Shown here in pieces: positions 57,639 to 64,000 of a stretch of 64,000 bases of DNA. Source of the stretch: Octopus vulgaris. Its lineage: Eukaryota. The notes beneath the pieces are model-generated. The model made no database searches, was not told where the DNA came from, and saw only the letters and a list, made by a program, of their open reading frames with translations. Numbering within the stretch: the first letter of the stretch is position 1; the number at the start of each line of letters is the position of its first letter. Made by a program: the position numbers and the translations under genes. Where the stretch lies: assembly GCA_951406725.2 (NCBI GenBank), contig OX597835.1:36084001-36148000 (forward strand), written 5' to 3'.

Positions 57639-57684
57639 GACACCTGATAAAGGCTGGAGGGTATATCAGCCGAAACGTTGTGTT
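57639..57684 (+). ncRNA. Hammerhead motif in the tail of HHR-SINE copy 2
   Basis: GACAC-CTGATAA-A-GGCTG..CAGCC-GAAAC-GTT-GTGTT. Confidence 0.7.
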
Positions 57685-57992
57685 AACAACAAATAAGACG
57701 AGGACAAATATCCGTCAAATGTAAATAATGTAAATAATGTAAATAATTTAAAATATCTTTGATATAACGTCCAGGTTTCAGAAGAATACAACAGGCATAG
57801 TAAGACATGATTTGTAAAGAGCCAATTTTGTGTTGTTCTTTATATGTCGTTGGCGCCAAATGCGTGACTCGAACCCACCAAATATTTGTGTTGCCCTTTG
57901 AATTCGCAGATGTATTTCTGTGTCCAGATTTCCTCATTTTGTACAGGGCTTCCAAATAAACGAAAGAGTCCAAAACTTCAAGTAACTTACCT

Positions 57993-58223
57993 ATTTCTTT
58001 ACTACTCACAAGGGGCTAAACATAGAGGGGACAAACAAGGATAGACAAACGGATTAAGTCGATTACATCGACCCCAGTGCGTAACTGGTACTTAACTTAT
58101 CGACCCCGAAAGGATGAAAGGCAAAGTCGACCTCGGCGGAATTTGAACTCAAAACGTAGCGGACAACGAAATACTGCTAAGTATTTCGCCCGGCGTGCTA
58201 ACGTTTCTGCCAGCTCGCCGCCC
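57993..58223 (-). mobile_element. SINE family A with 13-bp TSD, nested in the RTE LINE
   Basis: TSD aagtaacttacct at 57980-57992 and 58225-58237. Confidence 0.9.
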
Positions 58224-59619
58224 TAAGTAACTTACCTTTAACGAAAATATTGGCTGGGTTGCAAAAAGCACCAGGTGCAGGTAGATACATTACACCTGTT
58301 TTTTTTTTTTTTCAAGTTGATGGTCACACCAAAATCATCACAAGCTGAATCAAATGCAGATACATGTTATTGCAGACCTGTTTCAGAATGACTGACTAAA
58401 TCGCAATCGTCAGCGTATAAGAGTTCCCTTATGAGTCAAGTAAAAACCTTTGTTTTGAATTTCAGTCTACTCAGATTAAAAACATTCTCAGTTGTTCGAT
58501 ATTCTACGTAAATACCTTCCTCGGAGGCTGTGACAGCACAACAGCAAATTATATTGCAAAGAGGGTAGTTGCATCAAGTTCTCCTTGCTTTACTCCATTA
58601 TAAAATATTTTGTTGAGAAAAATGTAAGATTAAACGAAGCTCATTTGTGTTTTGCAAAGCTGTTTTCTAACTCGGCACAGTTGATTGCGAGATTCATGGT
58701 TTCGATTTCCAAACCAGCTGTGCATTTTATTCTTGAGCAAAACTTTATTTCACGTTTCTGTAATTCTCTCTGTTGTAAAAGGGTAACCTTACGACGGATT
58801 GGTGTACATGACCCTGACGTTGACTCACGTAAATCACCCGAACGGATGTTTCGCGAGCAGCGTTTTGGATTCATTGATTGAAACAATGAGTACTTCAACC
58901 AAATGGTAGGAGGTGGTTGTACAACCACGTCAAAGTTTAAAAATGAATGGAGTTGTGTCTTTTGAAATGCTCTCAAAAGCTAATTTTCTTACCTACATTT
59001 TTCCATTCTCTTCATTTGCAATTCAATACGTTGAAGCGGCATATTATTTCCAATGTGGCATGACACAATTTTTATTTAGGCATCTGCCTTGGAAAGGAAA
59101 CACCCTGACCTAATAGCTGTGACATGGTTTACATCCAATGACGCAGACTAGATCATATTGGGCAAACGCATAGGGTACTTTGTGAAAGGAATTGTGCCTG
59201 TGCAAGGTTTTCCTCACCTTAAAAAGATTTAAGCACAAGCAAGTCCATTTGACGCCTTGAAGATTATGTTTATTTAAGCGTAGGCTAGTTATCCCTAAAA
59301 GAAAATCAGGAGTGAACCCCTGCAGGCAGTATGACGGTTATGTCACATTCTTGCAGCCCTTGCATCCGGCACTTCCCTGTCTTGCCACTGGGGCAGAGAG
59401 AGAGAGTGAGGGTAGATATTGCGTAATTCTACCTCACCGTAAAAATCTTGTGCAAGTCAGTTCGGCTTTACACATTTGACAGCTATTGGCCTAATAAGCC
59501 ACCCGAGGAACCGCAACGAATAGGGTTGCTAATCTAGTCATCTTCAGAGTTCTGAAAGGCAACTTTGTGGTTTTGGATAGCATGATTTCTCTACCTTACA
59601 CATAAAGAAAAAATAGTCG

Positions 59620-59990
59620 TTGCCAGTACTGCCTGACTGGCCCTCGTGCCGGTGGCACGTAAAAGCACCCACTACACTCTCGAAGTGGTTGGCGTTAGGA
59701 AGGGCATCCGACTGTAGAAACTCTGCCAGATCAGATTGGAGTCTGGTGCAGCCATCTGGTTATATGTAGTTGAATTCGCAGATTTATTTCTTTGTCCAGA
59801 TTTCATCATTTTGTACAGAGCTTCCAAAGTAAAGGAAAGAGTCTACAACCTTTAGTAACTTACCTTTAACGAAAATATTAGCGGGGTTGCAAAAAGCACT
59901 AGGTGCAGGTCAAATCGTCAGTCAAATCGTCCAACCCATGCTAGCATGGAAAGCGGACGTTAATCGATGATGATGATGATGATGATGATG
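59620..59990 (+). mobile_element. SINE 3' part (GGCGTTAGGAAGGGCATCC domain, (GAT)n tail) containing an RTE fragment
   Basis: Recognisable central motif and aacccatgctagcatggaa..(gat)n tail. Confidence 0.65.
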
Positions 59991-61962
59991 GACTAGACCT
60001 GGCTGGAATAATTTTATTAATGGTCCGCTCGATCAGGCTGAGTTGCTGTTAACAATATTGACAACAACAATAGTGACAACTACAACAATAACAACAACCA
60101 CGACAATTTCTATAGGGAGGAAGAGCTGGTTGGTGGCCTCACACTGCTTTGCCCCAACTGATAGAGGACTGCGAACTACAATAACAGCCACGAAACAATC
60201 GCTGCTGCTCAACCTCCCGCAACAACCGCAGTTGTAACAGCGGCGATAATCGTGACGTTGGCAACCACGTGATCATGTAACCACCATGGCAGTATGAACA
60301 AAACTAGAAGACAAACAACGACATCGATGTCAACAACAACAACGACAACAGCGATAACAACTGCCACATATTGATAACACGCATATACACACATATACAC
60401 ATATACACATATACACACAAACACAGATACACTCATAAACACACACATATGTACACTTATACATTAAAATCGAAATGAAAATGATGTCCGTGTGATCGTT
60501 GGTGGAAGTTAATCCGTTAAGATCCTCCTTTGGTGAAGGACGTTTGGGGGATTATAATAGAGAGAGGGGAGGAGAAAGAAAGAAAGAAAGAAAGGGAAGT
60601 AGGAAGGAAGGAAGGAAGGAAGGAGGGAAGAATGATAAGTGTACGCGTGGATGTGTGTGTATGCGATAGAAAGAGGGTTAGAGTACAGAGAATGAATGAG
60701 ATAGAGTGAGAGAATGATAGAAAGAAAGAAGGGAGAGAGAAAAAAAGAGAGAGAGGAAGAAAGAGAAGGAGAGAGAAAGAGAGGCCGACGGACAGACGGA
60801 CAGGCATACAGAAAAAAGAAAAAACGAAAGAAAGAAGGAAGGAAGGAAAGAAAGAGTGTAGTAGAAAGGTTGGAGAATGAATGAGAGTTTGAGAGAAAGA
60901 GATAAAGAGAGGGAGAGAGAGAGATGTGTGAGATGAAGTGAGAGTGAGCAGGAGAGTCGAGTGTAAAGGAGATTTCTTCGTGGGTTTTTCTAATCCTTGT
61001 TGTAAGCGATCTCTATTGATTCCCAAGCAGACAATGGCGAGGGAACTCTTAGTAAAAAGACCACAGCCCGACGTCGACGGCCACGACAACAACAACAACA
61101 ACAACAGCAAAAACAGCGACGACGACGGAGTCCTTTCTCATGGTTTTTATCGATGACCCAAGATGATAATTCGTAATATGAGGACGAAGAGAGGAAGAAG
61201 GACGGAACAGTGAAAGAAATTTTGAATGAGTGTATGTATGTATGTGTGTGTGTGTGTGTGTATGTATGTGTGTGTGTATGTATGTGTGTATGTGTGTATG
61301 TGTGTATGTATGTGTTTGTGTATGTATGTGTGTGTACGTATGCGTGCGTGTATGTGTATACATTTATGTATGTATATGTATGTGTGTATGTATGTACGTA
61401 TGGTGTATGTATGTATGTGTGTATGTGTATATGCGTGCATGTATGTATGAATGTATGTATGCGTGTATGTATATATATGTATGTATGTATGTATGTATAT
61501 GTATGTGTGTATGTATGTACGTGTGGTGTATGTATGTTATGCATGTGTGTGTGTATGTATGAGAGTAGTTATGTATGCATATGCATATATGTATGTACCT
61601 TAAGTATGTATATATGTATGTACGAACGTACGTATGTATGTATGTATGTATATATGGACCATGTGTGTATGTGGCCATATGTGTATGTATGTGTGTGTGA
61701 ATGTGCGTGTGTCTGGTGGTTTAAGAAGAAGAGGAGAGAGTCGGAGGGAGGAAAAGGAAGAGGATGAGATAGAGAGACAGACAGACAATAAAATGGAAAG
61801 ATGTACTACATTTTCAGTCCATTAAACTCAGACATTCAATATGGTGGAGGAAACCTACTAATATCCCTATTAACACCACCACATCACCACCACCACTATC
61901 ACCACTACTGCTGCTGCTGCTGCTACTACTACTACTACTACTACTTCTACTACTATTATTAT

Positions 61963-62011
<49 letters not shown>

Positions 62012-62084
62012 GCTGCTGCTACTACTACTACTACTGCTACTAGTACAGCTTTTAATGCACTTAGCAATTATTATTATAGAGATA

Positions 62085-63140
62085 ATTTGCCGGACAAAAG
62101 GCTTAACGGCATTTCGTCCGTCTTTACTTTCTGAGTTCGAATTCCACCAAGGTCGACTTTGCCTTTCATCCTTTCGTGATCGATAAATTAAGTACCTGCG
62201 AAACACTGGAGTCGCTGTAATCAACTAGTCTTTCTCATAAAATTTCTGGCTTTGCGCGAAAATTTGAAATCAATATTCAAGTAATTTAAGGTTGTGAGGT
62301 AGCAGAATTGTTAACACGCCGGACAAAATGCTGAGCGACCTTTTGTCCGTCTTAATGTTCTGAGTTACAATTCCACCGAAATCGACTTTGCCTGCTATCC
62401 TTTCAAGGTCGATAAAATGAGTACCAGGTGAACACTGGAGTCACTGTAAACAACTTAGCCCTTCCTAGAAACCTGCTGGCCTCGTGCCAAAGTTTGAAAC
62501 CAATATTTATCTATTTATTGTCCACAGGGAGTGGGGCTAAACACAGAGAGGACAAACAAGGATAGACAAAGGGAGTAAGTCGATTAGATCGACCCCAGTG
62601 TGTAACTGGTACTTATTTAATCGACCTCGAAAGGATGAAAGGCAAAGCCAACCTCGGCAGAATTTGAACTCGGAATGAAGCGGCAGACGAAATACCTATT
62701 TCTTTACTACCCACAAGGGGCTAAACACAGAGAGGACAAACAAGGACAGACAAACGGATTAAGTCGATTATATCGACCCCAGTGCGTAACTGGTACTTAA
62801 TTTATCGACCCCGAAAGGATGAACGGCAAAGTCGACCTCGGCGGAATTTGAACTCAGAACGTAACGGCAGACGAAATACCGCTAAGCATTTCGGCCGGCG
62901 TGCTAACGTTTCGGCCAGCTCACCGCCCTGTTTGAAACAAATATTAAAACAAAAAGACTATGTTAGCGCATCGGATAAGAGGCTCAAGGGCATTTCATCC
63001 GTCCTTACGTTCTGTGTTCAAATTCCTCTGATGGCGACTCTACCTGCCAACCTTTCGGGGTCGTTAAAATACGTAGCAGCCGAGCACTGGATTGATGTAA
63101 TCGACTAGGAACTACCCCGAATATTTCAGGCTTTGTGATT
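62085..63140. mobile_element. Cluster of five SINE family A copies in both orientations
   Basis: + copies at ~62085, ~62288, ~62960; tandem - pair at 62510-62927. Confidence 0.85.
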
Positions 63141-63409
63141 ATAGTAGAAAGAATATTTAGAATTGTTAGCGATCCGGACAAACATCTAAACTTCATTTTT
63201 TCCGGCTGTTTGCGCACCATTTGAACAGTGAGGCCCAATGTAATCGAAGTAAATCCTCCCTCAAAATTGCTGAAATATATGTGTGTGTGTGTGCATGTGT
63301 GTGTGTATGTGTGTTTGTGTGTGTGTGTGTGTATGTGTGTGTGTGTGTATACTTTTATTCTTTTAATTGTTTCAGTCATTATATTGCGGCCATGCTTGGA
63401 CACCACTTT

Positions 63410-63462
<53 letters not shown>

Positions 63463-63471
<9 letters not shown>

Positions 63472-63603
63472 ATTCGAGACAAAACCACTATTTTAAAACC
63501 AAACAAGGAAAGACTTAATCAATACATAAAATTTTAATATAAATTAAATAAACCCTAAATCTGATTTTTCCCTGTAATTTTGGATTCATTCCCTAATATT
63601 TAT

Positions 63604-63608
<5 letters not shown>
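63463..63608. mobile_element. Short inverted-join fragment of the AT-rich element family at 30135
   Basis: First half matches 30236-30320 forward; second half is the reverse complement of 30135-30195. Confidence 0.65.
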
Positions 63609-63672
<64 letters not shown>

Positions 63673-63683
63673 CATATATACAT

Positions 63684-63716
<33 letters not shown>

Positions 63717-63879
63717 CATACATTTATATATATATACATATATAGATATGTATATATATATCACCGTGATCACCGTGACCGACTAGACTATCAGATGTTG
63801 CTACACATCGCTGGTCACAATGCGCTTCGCACTGTTTTAGCCTTCAAATGACGCCACCACACTGGCTAAGCGAGCAGGC

Positions 63880-63918
<39 letters not shown>

Positions 63919-64000
63919 CACACACACACCCATTATGCTAAAAGTAAACACACACACACACACACACAGATTCTATTTCACTTCCATTATTTATTTGTCA

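Noticed and set aside
60938-61156. Possible small exon or ORF (MARELLVKRPQPD..)
   Set aside because: Short, partly (AAC)n, with no homology or splice support.

Overview
Repeat-dominated, gene-poor eukaryotic DNA, most likely an octopus (coleoid cephalopod). This rests on recognised SINE families and very dense (TA)n, (CA)n, (TAGA)n, (AAT)n and (GAT/GGT)n microsatellites. No host protein-coding gene can be supported, and nearly all listed ORFs are microsatellite artefacts. Real coding remnants come only from transposable elements: three Penelope-like elements (PLEs; one near-intact Naiad-type RT+GIY-YIG copy with an inverted pseudo-LTR), Tc1/mariner fragments, an RTE LINE and L1/Tx1-like fragments. 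Many SINEs and Helitron/Helentron ends are also present. A 100-N gap is flanked by a ~2.25 kb near-identical duplication, probably an assembly artefact. The most notable signal is about ten minimal type-I hammerhead ribozyme (HHR)-like motifs from several element families. One family is a short non-coding element that joins a tRNA-derived Pol III head to an HHR-bearing tail and shows PLE-style 5' inversions, so it is a candidate Penelope-mobilised ribozyme SINE. All alignments and RNA folds were done by eye.
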